Program-made: the position numbers and the translations under genes
Origin: a virus
Lineage: Duplodnaviria > Caudoviricetes
Strand: one strand, 5' to 3'
IMG/VR virus record: IMGVR_UViG_3300032242_001675
Coordinates: 1-58,665 of that record
Length of the DNA: 58,665 nt
The notes under the pieces: model-generated
Told to the model about the DNA's origin: nothing
Seen by the model: only the letters and a program-made list of their open reading frames with translations
Database searches by the model: none
Shown here: piece after piece, positions 36,772 through 45,134 of the stretch
Position numbering within the stretch: the first letter of the stretch is position 1
How the letters are laid out: the number at the start of each line of letters is the position of its first letter

Positions 36772-37726
36772 GTTTATTTTCCTTATCCCATTTAACATAA
36801 TTTTTAATTGCACGAGCCCGAGCTTCGGGGTTATCCCAGACGCCCGCCTCTTTCATTGCCGCTACCCGCTCGGCGCTAATTCTAAACCCACCCCCGCTAC
36901 CGCCCGAAGCCGTGGCCTCGCGCCCCGAGCTGGTTTGTAGGGACTTCACTTTCTTTTTCTCGGTTTTCTTCATGGATGACTCCGTGCGGTGGGGTAGGTA
37001 CTTCTGTACGCGGGAGTCGAGCTCTTCCCAATAGTCCTCGGAGGACGGGTCGTAGCCCTCTTCGGTTAGCTTTTTATCGAGCCGCTGAGCGATTTCCGAG
37101 TCCAAGTCTTTGGCCTGCGGGTCGTACCACGGGTTTCGCTCCATCCAGTCCGCCGCGTTCTTCTGCACCCGAACGTCAGGCACGTTGACCGCTTGCTTTT
37201 GGGGCTGGGACATCTGGCGGGTCGCTTGGTCTTTAATCGACTTCAACGACTCCAGCTTGCGTTGCGACTCGTACATGAGCTCCTGCGCCCGCACGACCGC
37301 ATCGCCGTCTTGGCTCGTGACCGCCTCGCGCATCTTCATCTTAGCGTACTCGACCTGCACCGCAGTGTCGTCAATCGCTTTGTCAACCCGCGCCAGCTCA
37401 GCGCCCGAAGTCCTTTGCTCAAGGCGGGCGAGTTGCTCCGCCATCAACTGGTTTTGCTTTTTAAGCGCATTGATGAGGTGGTTGGACTCCTTCGCCTTCT
37501 CGCGGTGGATGCCTTTTTTCAGTCGGCGCTCCTCGCGTCGGGCGGCGCGAATCGCTTCGCGGTCGGGGTCTTCGTCTAGACCGTCGTCGGTCGGCTTAGG
37601 CTCAGAGACCTCGCCGCCTTCGGCGAGTTCCTCAACGGGGGCTTCCTCACCCTCGGGGAGCTGAACCAGCGCCGAGCCGTCCTGCTCCTCAGCGATCTGC
37701 ATTTCCATTTTTTCGGTAGGGTTCAT
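36764..37726 (-). CDS. Putative capsid scaffolding protein
   Basis: Acidic N-terminus, long coiled coil, W..RNPWY, EGYDPSSEDYWEELD; contains LAEGG. Confidence 0.65.
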   Translation of the reverse strand: MNPTEKMEMQIAEEQDGSALVQLPEGEEAPVEELAEGGEVSEPKPTDDGLDEDPDREAIRAARREERRLKKGIHREKAKESNHLINALKKQNQLMAEQLARLEQRTSGAELARVDKAIDDTAVQVEYAKMKMREAVTSQDGDAVVRAQELMYESQRKLESLKSIKDQATRQMSQPQKQAVNVPDVRVQKNAADWMERNPWYDPQAKDLDSEIAQRLDKKLTEEGYDPSSEDYWEELDSRVQKYLPHRTESSMKKTEKKKVKSLQTSSGREATASGGSGGGFRISAERVAAMKEAGVWDNPEARARAIKNYVKWDKENKHG

Positions 37727-37917
37727 AGGTTATCCTTTTTAAGAGCGCGGTACAGATTGTTGATTTGAGCGCGGAGAAGTTCGTTCTCAGCGGTTAACCT
37801 GACGACATGGGAGTTATACCAGTTAACACTATCGAGCAAGGACTCTGACTGCTCTTTGAAATAGGTTTCCCAATCGAACGATCCGTCGGTTTTGAAAAGT
37901 CGTTTAGCGGGGGTCAT
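37723..37917 (-). CDS. Hypothetical protein
   Basis: AAGGAG RBS; ATGA coupling. Confidence 0.55.
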   Translation of the reverse strand: MTPAKRLFKTDGSFDWETYFKEQSESLLDSVNWYNSHVVRLTAENELLRAQINNLYRALKKDNL

Positions 37918-37929
37918 GTTTGGTTCTCC

Positions 37930-38352
37930 TTAAACGACGAACTGACGCATGTCAAGCACGCGGTCGGCGTTTACTTTGCAAAACAACTCAAAGTCGTTCA
38001 TGATTTGAAACGCAACGGTGTCTTCGGGGTCATCAGGGTGAGGAACCTCAAAACGATCGCCCGACCAACGCGGCACGCGACAAAAATCACCCACTTGAAC
38101 CCAAGTACCCTCAGGCCAATCTTGCGCAGTATCACGGTTTTTAAAACACAACGAGCCCATGCTGATTACTTTTGCTACTAGGGACTGCGCTTTTTCGGTT
38201 TCCCTCGTTTCATTAACCAGAAGTATCCCACCTTTAGAGGCGCGCTTTACGCTTTTAAGCTGTAAAAGAATTCTTGCGCCAAGCGGGGTAACACCGGGGT
38301 CAACGCTTGGGAATGCTTCCTCAAGTGTGGAAAAATCACGTTCAATAGTCAT
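37930..38352 (-). CDS. GroES/Cpn10-like co-chaperonin
   Basis: TPLGARILL...SKGGILL...AKVISMG...WVQVGD...IMNDFEL. Confidence 0.85.
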   Translation of the reverse strand: MTIERDFSTLEEAFPSVDPGVTPLGARILLQLKSVKRASKGGILLVNETRETEKAQSLVAKVISMGSLCFKNRDTAQDWPEGTWVQVGDFCRVPRWSGDRFEVPHPDDPEDTVAFQIMNDFELFCKVNADRVLDMRQFVV

Positions 38353-38361
38353 GTACTGCTC

Positions 38362-38910
38362 CTATGCTGAAACCTTTACGGCTTCGGGTTGAAAAACACT
38401 GTCAATGAGTTTGTTAAGATATTTCATTTCTTGCACACCGCGTCGCGCCTCAGACCAAGGTCCCCGAGGACCGCGCAAAGCTAGTTTATTCTTTTCGGAT
38501 AAAGGTTTTCCTTTTTTGGACAAGCTAACAGATTCGTTCCACTCTGGCGAATGAATCACGTTTTTCTGTCTTTTTGATTTTGCTAAACGCTCGCTTTCAG
38601 AATGCGTCCAGCCGCCCTTACGGTGCTCTTCCGATCGTTTTATTTTGGCGACTTCATACAGACGAGAGTTTGATATCTGGCATTGCTTTGCCATCAATAC
38701 CACAGCGTACCACTGCCTACCCCCGTGCATTCTAGCTAAACAGTTATGCGCAATAAAATGCTCGCGGGCTGTTAGCTCAACGAGATTGGAGGCGTGGTCG
38801 GTGCCCCCCATTGACTTCGGCACTATGTGGTGACGCTCTTTATAACCGGCAACAGTTTTGCGCAGTAACGCTTTAACGATTAACTGCTCATAAACTTTGT
38901 GATAATTCAT
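38362..38910 (-). CDS. Free-standing HNH homing endonuclease
   Basis: MNYHKVYEQLI...ERHHIVPKSMGGTDHASNLVELTAREHFIAH; basic NUMOD-like C-terminus. Confidence 0.9.
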   Translation of the reverse strand: MNYHKVYEQLIVKALLRKTVAGYKERHHIVPKSMGGTDHASNLVELTAREHFIAHNCLARMHGGRQWYAVVLMAKQCQISNSRLYEVAKIKRSEEHRKGGWTHSESERLAKSKRQKNVIHSPEWNESVSLSKKGKPLSEKNKLALRGPRGPWSEARRGVQEMKYLNKLIDSVFQPEAVKVSA

Positions 38911-38954
38911 TTCTTTCTCCCAAAGAAATTATTTAATATCTAATTTTAAATCTT

Positions 38955-39236
38955 TTACCAACTCTTAATCTTCTTAATCCCACCCGCTTTACGCAGGTCA
39001 TGGCTGTGGAGTTTCTTGCCCACGGACTTAGGCACTTCGCCCGCGGCCTCGGCGACCTTCGCCGCCTTTTTACGTTTAACAATCTTCCCGTTGCTCAGCT
39101 CAAACTCGTGCTGAGCGCCGTGGGCTTTTTTACCCGCGCGGGCGATTAGCTCGTCGTGCGACCAAGCCTTGCTCGGCGCCACGATCACCTTCCCCGACTT
39201 CTCCTTAATTGCGGGCACCTTAACTTTAAGCGTCAT
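38955..39236 (-). CDS. Basic hypothetical protein
   Basis: PAIK..SGKV...H, FELSNGKIVKRKKA, LHSHDL. Confidence 0.6.
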   Translation of the reverse strand: MTLKVKVPAIKEKSGKVIVAPSKAWSHDELIARAGKKAHGAQHEFELSNGKIVKRKKAAKVAEAAGEVPKSVGKKLHSHDLRKAGGIKKIKSW

Positions 39237-39417
39237 CGTCTTTCTCTTTTAGGAGGTCATCAATCATGTCGAGCGCCTCGCCGAGGCCTTGGTACGTGCC
39301 CACGAGGCGCTGGTAGCTCTCAATGTTAATGGCGTGACCGTCGGCGAGCGCAAGAGCGATTGCGTTACGGCGCTCCTTTACCAACCCGATCAGGTCACCC
39401 AGCGCATTAACGCCCAC
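39226..39417 (-). CDS. Small conserved portal-adjacent protein
   Basis: LADG....ESYQRLVGTYQGL.EA...I. Confidence 0.7.
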   Translation of the reverse strand: MGVNALGDLIGLVKERRNAIALALADGHAINIESYQRLVGTYQGLGEALDMIDDLLKEKDDDA

Positions 39418-39673
39418 GAGCCGCCGCCTTACGCATAGGCTTAGGGGTCTGCCCGCCTTTCTTCATCGTGGCGATCTTACCGGCCTCGCCCGCCGCAGGG
39501 CGCCGCAACGGGGGCGGTTCGGAGCCCTTAGCGGGTAGGCGGTCGACGCCTTTCTCAGGCATGACTTTGCCGCCCTCGGCGTACTTCTTAACCTTACCGC
39601 CTTTCTTCAGGTGGTTGGCTTCGCCCTCGCCGCCCATGGCGATCCGTTTATGCATGTTGATTGCTTCACTCAT
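39407..39673 (-). CDS. Lys/Gly-rich protein with four xxxGG motifs
   Basis: AAGGAG before ATG 39673; IAMGG, LKKGG, YAEGG, MKKGG. Confidence 0.7.
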   Translation of the reverse strand: MSEAINMHKRIAMGGEGEANHLKKGGKVKKYAEGGKVMPEKGVDRLPAKGSEPPPLRRPAAGEAGKIATMKKGGQTPKPMRKAAARGR

Positions 39674-42194
39674 TTGGTGCTCCTTGCTGTGGTGGTTGGG
39701 TTGGTACTTGCTGTTGTTGAGCCATTGCGGCGGCTTGTTCCTGCTGAGCCTGTTGCATCTTAAACTGTTGCTCAAGGGTCAAAGTGTTAACGTCGTGGGT
39801 AATATCGGCGGCTTTTTCCTGCTCAGACGCCACGATGTCCATCTCCTTGAACTTAGCGTCCTGAGCGAGCTTAGCGGCGTCGAGTTGCGCGCGTTGATGG
39901 TCGTACTGGGTCTTGCGCTGAGTCTCAGCCATTTGCGTCTGCACGAGCGCGGCGACGCTAGGGTCTTGGGGTTGTTGCTGTTGACGTAATTGCTGGATCA
40001 TACCGATCATTTGCTGCATAACAGGCGCAACACCCGAGAACTGCTGTGCCACGTCCATGAAGACGTGCCGAGAGGACACCGCTAAGAGCTGTTGCGCCTC
40101 CTTGATGATCGGCTCTTCCTTGAGGACATTGAACCTGCGCCCGAGGGACTGGCTCGCGTAGTTGTCCATCTGATCTAGGTACCATAGCGTGAGGTGTTGC
40201 TTCAGGTGTTCAAGGGCGGCGGGCAGGAAGACCGGTGCAATGACCGGATTGCCACCGTACATTGGGTCTTTTGCGTAGTCGAGCAGGACTTGGATGTGGG
40301 CGAGGTGATCTTGACCGGGGAACGCGCCGACAGGTTTACCGAGCGTCATCGCCACGTTCTCCAGCGCGGGGTTCATCTGCTTAACGTCCGCCGGATCAGG
40401 TAACACTTCGCTGATATCAGGAATCTTGATCTGCTTAAGAATGCGCTTCTCAACAGCCAAGAGGTTATAAAGCGTTGGGTTCGCCTGCGCTCGGGCGGCG
40501 AGAGTCTGAATTTGCGCATACCGCTGGGTCTCCGCGAAGATATGGGGGTCGGACACGGGCACGATGTCGGAGTTCTTGCTGAAGTCCTCCGAGCTCACCC
40601 CGAGCTCCTCCGAGGTCTCGTTGGGGTAGTCGTCCAAGTACCACCGGTTCAGTCGCCCGATAATCTTCAGCACCCGCGCTTGGCTCGCGTGCAACCGCGC
40701 GTGGATGCTCGAGAACACCGCCGCGCCCTGCTCAATCAGGGCTTGGGTGGTGCCCACGGGGGAGTTGGAGGTCACGTCCGCAATCTTCTCTTCGCTCGTC
40801 GTGACGACCCCTTTGGCGGCATCGGTCAGCCAGCCGAGCAGCTGGAAGAGCACTGGCGAGGGCTGGTTGAACGGCATCGGCATCGCGATCTTTCGGATAT
40901 CGTCTACGCCCAGCGCGCCCTCAATCTCCGTAACCTGAGTTGGTTCAATCGTTTGGCTTTGGCCGGATACCTTTCCACCCTTGAGCTTGAGCATGGTCGG
41001 GGCGGTGTTAATGTGTGCCGAATCCAGCAGAGCACGCAGAGCGCCTGTGAGGGCGGCAGACAAACCACCAATGAGATGAGGTAACCCGATAGCATACGCT
41101 CCCCGCCATGGTATGAACTTGAACTCGACGATCCAGTCGAGCTTGGACATCTTTGCGTCGCCGTCCTCCCAGTTACGGTAGAGCCCGACGACCTCGGTTG
41201 CGGTCTCGTCTATCATCACGATGTAGGGCGCGCGCTTGCCCTTGCTCATCTTGTCGTCCTCGAGCTCCATCCAGGTGTAGACGTGGTACACGCGGCGCAC
41301 GCCGTCAATGTTCATCGCCTCGGACTTCTTACCCTCAATCTTGTTGTTCGCCTTCTCGGGCTTAGACTCCTCGGGCTCTTGGCTCGTGCGGAAGATATCG
41401 ATGTCGCGGTAAAGACCCGACTCCACGCGGATGTCGAACTCTTCCTCGGTGATGTCGTTCACCTCGGTCACCCGCGAGGCGGTGTAGAAATTCGCCGCCG
41501 CAAACGGCAGGTACACGTTGTCAATCGGCAGGAACTCGGCGCAGGGGCGCTCTTTCTGCTCGTCGTACCAGATCTTCATGTACTGCGAGCCGCCGAGCGG
41601 GAGCTGGGTGAGCATCTGCTCCTCCTCGTCGCGGTACTCCTCAATCTGCTCCGTGAGCTGGTAGTTCATGTAGTCGCGCTTGCGCTCGGCGAGTTCGGTT
41701 TTCTTGTCATCGGCCTCGCCAATGATCTTCGTCCTCACTGGTCCGTCAGGCGGAAATAGCTCCTTGATTGCGCGAGCAGCGAAGTCAACGCAACCTTCTG
41801 CCATGATGGGGTGAACGACTTTGCTGGCTCCCGTGAAGGTCGCACCCCCGGGGGCGTCGTGCCCGAGCCCAGTCCTACGCAATCCCTCTTCATACTGTTT
41901 GTCTCGTTCTTCACGCGCCTGTTTGTCCTTTTCTATGAGCTCTACGTACTTCAGTGCAATCTTGCTTAAGTCCCAGCTGTTTAATTCGTCAGCGAGGTTT
42001 TGGTAGAAATCGGGCGACTCCTCGGGTCCTTGCAGGTCCTCATCAAATTTCACGAACGCCGAGCCGTCTTCTAGCTCCTGCACGTCCTCGTTAAAGAGGT
42101 CGACCTCCGGCACGTCAACGAAGTCCTCTTCCTCGTCCTGTTGCGGGTCGATGAACCGGTTATAGTCCTGCGGTATCGGGAATTCAGTAGCCAT
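39666..42194 (-). CDS. Portal protein
   Basis: 842 aa downstream of TerL; GASKVVHP, ELFPPDGPVRTKIIG, YMNYQLTE, LPLGGSQYMK, Gln-rich C-terminus. Confidence 0.85.
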   Translation of the reverse strand: MATEFPIPQDYNRFIDPQQDEEEDFVDVPEVDLFNEDVQELEDGSAFVKFDEDLQGPEESPDFYQNLADELNSWDLSKIALKYVELIEKDKQAREERDKQYEEGLRRTGLGHDAPGGATFTGASKVVHPIMAEGCVDFAARAIKELFPPDGPVRTKIIGEADDKKTELAERKRDYMNYQLTEQIEEYRDEEEQMLTQLPLGGSQYMKIWYDEQKERPCAEFLPIDNVYLPFAAANFYTASRVTEVNDITEEEFDIRVESGLYRDIDIFRTSQEPEESKPEKANNKIEGKKSEAMNIDGVRRVYHVYTWMELEDDKMSKGKRAPYIVMIDETATEVVGLYRNWEDGDAKMSKLDWIVEFKFIPWRGAYAIGLPHLIGGLSAALTGALRALLDSAHINTAPTMLKLKGGKVSGQSQTIEPTQVTEIEGALGVDDIRKIAMPMPFNQPSPVLFQLLGWLTDAAKGVVTTSEEKIADVTSNSPVGTTQALIEQGAAVFSSIHARLHASQARVLKIIGRLNRWYLDDYPNETSEELGVSSEDFSKNSDIVPVSDPHIFAETQRYAQIQTLAARAQANPTLYNLLAVEKRILKQIKIPDISEVLPDPADVKQMNPALENVAMTLGKPVGAFPGQDHLAHIQVLLDYAKDPMYGGNPVIAPVFLPAALEHLKQHLTLWYLDQMDNYASQSLGRRFNVLKEEPIIKEAQQLLAVSSRHVFMDVAQQFSGVAPVMQQMIGMIQQLRQQQQPQDPSVAALVQTQMAETQRKTQYDHQRAQLDAAKLAQDAKFKEMDIVASEQEKAADITHDVNTLTLEQQFKMQQAQQEQAAAMAQQQQVPTQPPQQGAPNE

Positions 42195-43000
42195 TATTTA
42201 TTCCTAGTTAGTTCGTGGCGCATAGCGTCTAGGCTATCCGCAAAAGATATCTGCCCGCCGGTAGCTTTCTGGGGCGCAAAGATATGAAAATGCGGGTCTT
42301 GCCTTGCTGAAGGAATTTCAAACCCCTCATATCCTAACAAACGAGCCACTCCGTTTAACGCGTGGTAGTTTCCGTTGTTATCCCTGAGTGACTCAACTAG
42401 TTCGGCTTCTGTCATCGGGGCGTGGGCGGGTAGCTTGCTGTAGGCCTTTTTTGCCCGCTCGAGTTCTTCTATTGAAACCTGCCGAGTGCCGTCTCGGGTT
42501 AAAAAGCGGTTTACATCGTAGCCCGCTTTTTCAAGCTCTGAGCGCGGCAGCTTTGCGCCAAACTCTAACACCTTTGTAGCCATACCGAGCGACCCTGCGG
42601 GCGCAGGCGCAGCGTGGCTCAGCCCTAACCCACCGCCCGCAGTGTTCAGGGCGAAGTTGGCGGCTTCCTCACCGGGGTGGAAGTCCCGTTCAGTCGCCGA
42701 CCGCGCCGGAGCGGTAAAGGCGTTATAAGCACCCGCTACTACACCGGGCAACCCCCACTCGCGTTGGTTCACCACCGAGCCGGGCACGGTATCCCGATAC
42801 GGTAAGAACGTCGCTCGGCCTTCCATGGGCAGCGCGGTGCTGTCAGACTTCGGCTGCACCACTGTACCGTCATCGTTCCAAACCACTCCACCGTCCGCCC
42901 GGTGCACCGCTCCGCCCCGCCGCAACCCTGCGCCGTCGTTAGCCATTAGCGCATAGCGCATTGCATCGGGGTCGTTCAGCTTGTAGTCTATCGGGTTCAT
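42194..43000 (-). CDS. Hypothetical protein between TerL and portal, with GG-motif-flanked interior
   Basis: DPDAMRYAL...LRRGGAVHRADGG at the N-terminus; KATGG...SLDAMRHEL at the C-terminus. Confidence 0.65.
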   Translation of the reverse strand: MNPIDYKLNDPDAMRYALMANDGAGLRRGGAVHRADGGVVWNDDGTVVQPKSDSTALPMEGRATFLPYRDTVPGSVVNQREWGLPGVVAGAYNAFTAPARSATERDFHPGEEAANFALNTAGGGLGLSHAAPAPAGSLGMATKVLEFGAKLPRSELEKAGYDVNRFLTRDGTRQVSIEELERAKKAYSKLPAHAPMTEAELVESLRDNNGNYHALNGVARLLGYEGFEIPSARQDPHFHIFAPQKATGGQISFADSLDAMRHELTRNK

Positions 43001-43011
43001 CAGGGCTCGCC

Positions 43012-44436
43012 TCAGACTGCGTAAGGGTTAACGCGCGGGGGGCGCTGGTCGTCGGTGTAGTCGTCTTCGACCTGCACGGGGTCGATACCGACCATGCCCA
43101 TGTCGCGCAGCACGCGGAGCGCCTGGCTGAGCGCGTCCACGTAGTCGTCGTGCGTCGCGAGCGGGAACGAGCAGACCTGCGTGACCATCGGGTCGCACCA
43201 GAGCCGCGGCTGCCCGGGGCGCTGCTCCGACTCCGGCAGGTACACTCTTCCGCGCATGATGAGCGGGGCGACCAGGTTCAGGCGCATCGTTTTATCCGCG
43301 CGACCGGGGTTGTACGAGCGTACTGGTAGCCCGGCGCGCTGGAGGTCTTGAATGAGCGAGATACCTGCCGACTTGTCCTCAATCAGCACCAGGTCGACCT
43401 TCTTCCCGCTGCCGAACTCGTCCTCATCGCCGTAGATGCTACCGTACTCCTCTAGCACTTTAGGGCGCAGGTCCGGGTACTGCATGTGCTCCGACCAACA
43501 GTCAATAAGCATAACGCTCATCGGCGAGTCGGGTCCGGGGCGGAACACCCCGAGCACCACGCAGGCCGTCGGGTCGTTGATAGTCTTATCCGAGGTCGCG
43601 CAGTCGTAGGACTGCACCACGTACTGGAACTGCGGTAGTGGCCTGTCCGCTGGCCAGAGCTTAAACCACGAGCGCTTAACAATCCCGCCCTCCTCGGGGT
43701 CGAGGATTTCGGCGTGGATCTCCTGCCGACCGAGGTTAGTGCCCTCGTACTGCGAGAGTTCATCGATGAACGAGGCCGCAAGGTTCTCGCGGTTCTCGTA
43801 CGTGCTGCCCGTGGTGATGAGGGTGGAGCTTTCGTCGTCTAAGCCCTCGCTCACGAGCCGACGCACGAGGTCGATAGGCTTAGGGGTCGTGGTCACGATC
43901 ACCTTAGGCGCCTCCCCGAGCCGCAGCCCGAACTTCATCATCGACCAGGCCTCCTCCGGGTACTGCCAGGCCGCCAGCTCATCGCACCAAGCCATATGGT
44001 GCTGCGGTCCGCGTAGCCGCTCGTAGGCGTCCCCGCCGAAGCCGCGTATAATCGAACCGTTCTTAAAGACTATCTCCAACAACGACTTGTTGTACGACTC
44101 GATTAACACATCCGGTATGACCGCCATCAGCCCCGACTGCCCCTCAATGCACACCGCGCGCACGTCATTCAGCGTAGGCGCAATCACCGCGCAGCGGGAG
44201 TTCGGGTGGCTGGCGGCGAAGTCACCGAGCGCCTGCGCGCCGAGCAGGGTCTTGCCGAAGCCGCGCCCCGCAATCACTGCCCACGTCGTCCACCAATCCC
44301 CGGACGGCATCAGCTGCTTCTCCCGTGCCTGCGCGCGCCACTGCAACTTCCACGCAATCAGCGCGAGGTCCTCCACCGGCAGCTGCGCCATCGCGTTCTG
44401 CAACGCGGTCAGCTCGGCCGGGGCGAGCCCGCTCAT
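43012..44436 (-). CDS. terL: Terminase large subunit
   Basis: AGRGFGKT Walker A, LRGPQ, WCDELAAW Walker B, VTTTP, QSYDCA, IEDKSAG, HDDYVDA. Confidence 0.95.
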   Translation of the reverse strand: MSGLAPAELTALQNAMAQLPVEDLALIAWKLQWRAQAREKQLMPSGDWWTTWAVIAGRGFGKTLLGAQALGDFAASHPNSRCAVIAPTLNDVRAVCIEGQSGLMAVIPDVLIESYNKSLLEIVFKNGSIIRGFGGDAYERLRGPQHHMAWCDELAAWQYPEEAWSMMKFGLRLGEAPKVIVTTTPKPIDLVRRLVSEGLDDESSTLITTGSTYENRENLAASFIDELSQYEGTNLGRQEIHAEILDPEEGGIVKRSWFKLWPADRPLPQFQYVVQSYDCATSDKTINDPTACVVLGVFRPGPDSPMSVMLIDCWSEHMQYPDLRPKVLEEYGSIYGDEDEFGSGKKVDLVLIEDKSAGISLIQDLQRAGLPVRSYNPGRADKTMRLNLVAPLIMRGRVYLPESEQRPGQPRLWCDPMVTQVCSFPLATHDDYVDALSQALRVLRDMGMVGIDPVQVEDDYTDDQRPPRVNPYAV

Positions 44437-44789
44437 TTGCTAGCCAACTTTTCAAAGGCCGAGGTGATCTGCCCGATCAGCTCCAACCTCACATCCACCG
44501 CGAGCGGATCGCCGTTCGGTCCGCTTATCTCCAGGGCTTTCCTTTTAGCATAGCCGTATTGTACTAAATCTTTCATAGAGTTATGTCTTACGGTTATATC
44601 GTTCTCTGGATTAAAAGCCATGTCGGCCAATGCCATCAAAGGGTCGCCGTACTTTTCAACCACCCGCGCAAAGGTCTCCTGCGTGTCCAGGGCGCGTTTG
44701 GTCTTCTGGCCTTTCTGCATGCCAGACCCCTCGGGGCGCTTCATCCCCTTCACCCAGTTAGGATTACCCGTAGCCACTTTCAACCCCAC
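44433..44789 (-). CDS. Putative terminase small subunit
   Basis: Directly upstream of terL; RPEGSG.QKG.K N-terminus, DPL..L, EISGPNGDPL. Confidence 0.6.
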   Translation of the reverse strand: MGLKVATGNPNWVKGMKRPEGSGMQKGQKTKRALDTQETFARVVEKYGDPLMALADMAFNPENDITVRHNSMKDLVQYGYAKRKALEISGPNGDPLAVDVRLELIGQITSAFEKLASK

Positions 44790-44810
44790 AACAAAAGTCG
44801 ATATACGTTT

Positions 44811-44840
44811 ATTTTAACCGCTGAACCGTTAAAAAGGCAA
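44811..44840 (-). promoter_or_regulatory. Putative promoter TTGCCT-N18-TAAAAT for the packaging/virion operon
   Basis: Same TTGCCTTTT element as the other three promoters; about 20 nt upstream of terS. Confidence 0.5.
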
Positions 44841-44873
44841 CCCAAACCCGTCCGCCCACCTGCCCCCAGCCAG

Positions 44874-45134
44874 AAAACCGCATACCGAACCCACCTACGT
44901 ATTCAATACCTCTGCGCTAAGCGGTTTCATGCGGTTTTATGCGGTTTTCTTAAATCCGAAATCTCTGAAAACTGCTTAGCGCGCTCCCAAAAAGCGCTAA
45001 GCGGTTTTACCGGTTTTTCTATTATGGAAATTTTTAGGTTTTAAAACCGCTTAGCTTTTGGTTTTTTGAGCCGCAGAATTTCTGCAATTTTCGGGTGTTT
45101 TCCTGCTCATTTTAAAAACCGGAAAACCGCTTAG
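44874..45134. repeat. Cluster of AAAACCGC(TTAG) / (CTAA)GCGGTTTT repeats in both orientations; candidate replication origin
   Basis: Copies near 44874, 44916-44948 (three tandem 10-mers), 44968, 44996-45018, 45043, 45115-45134; noncoding, downstream of the primase-helicase. Confidence 0.65.

Noticed and set aside
44583-45044. 153-aa + strand ORF over terS and the repeat region
   Set aside because: Antisense to terS, TTG/GTG-type or weak start, runs through noncoding repeats, no recognisable motif
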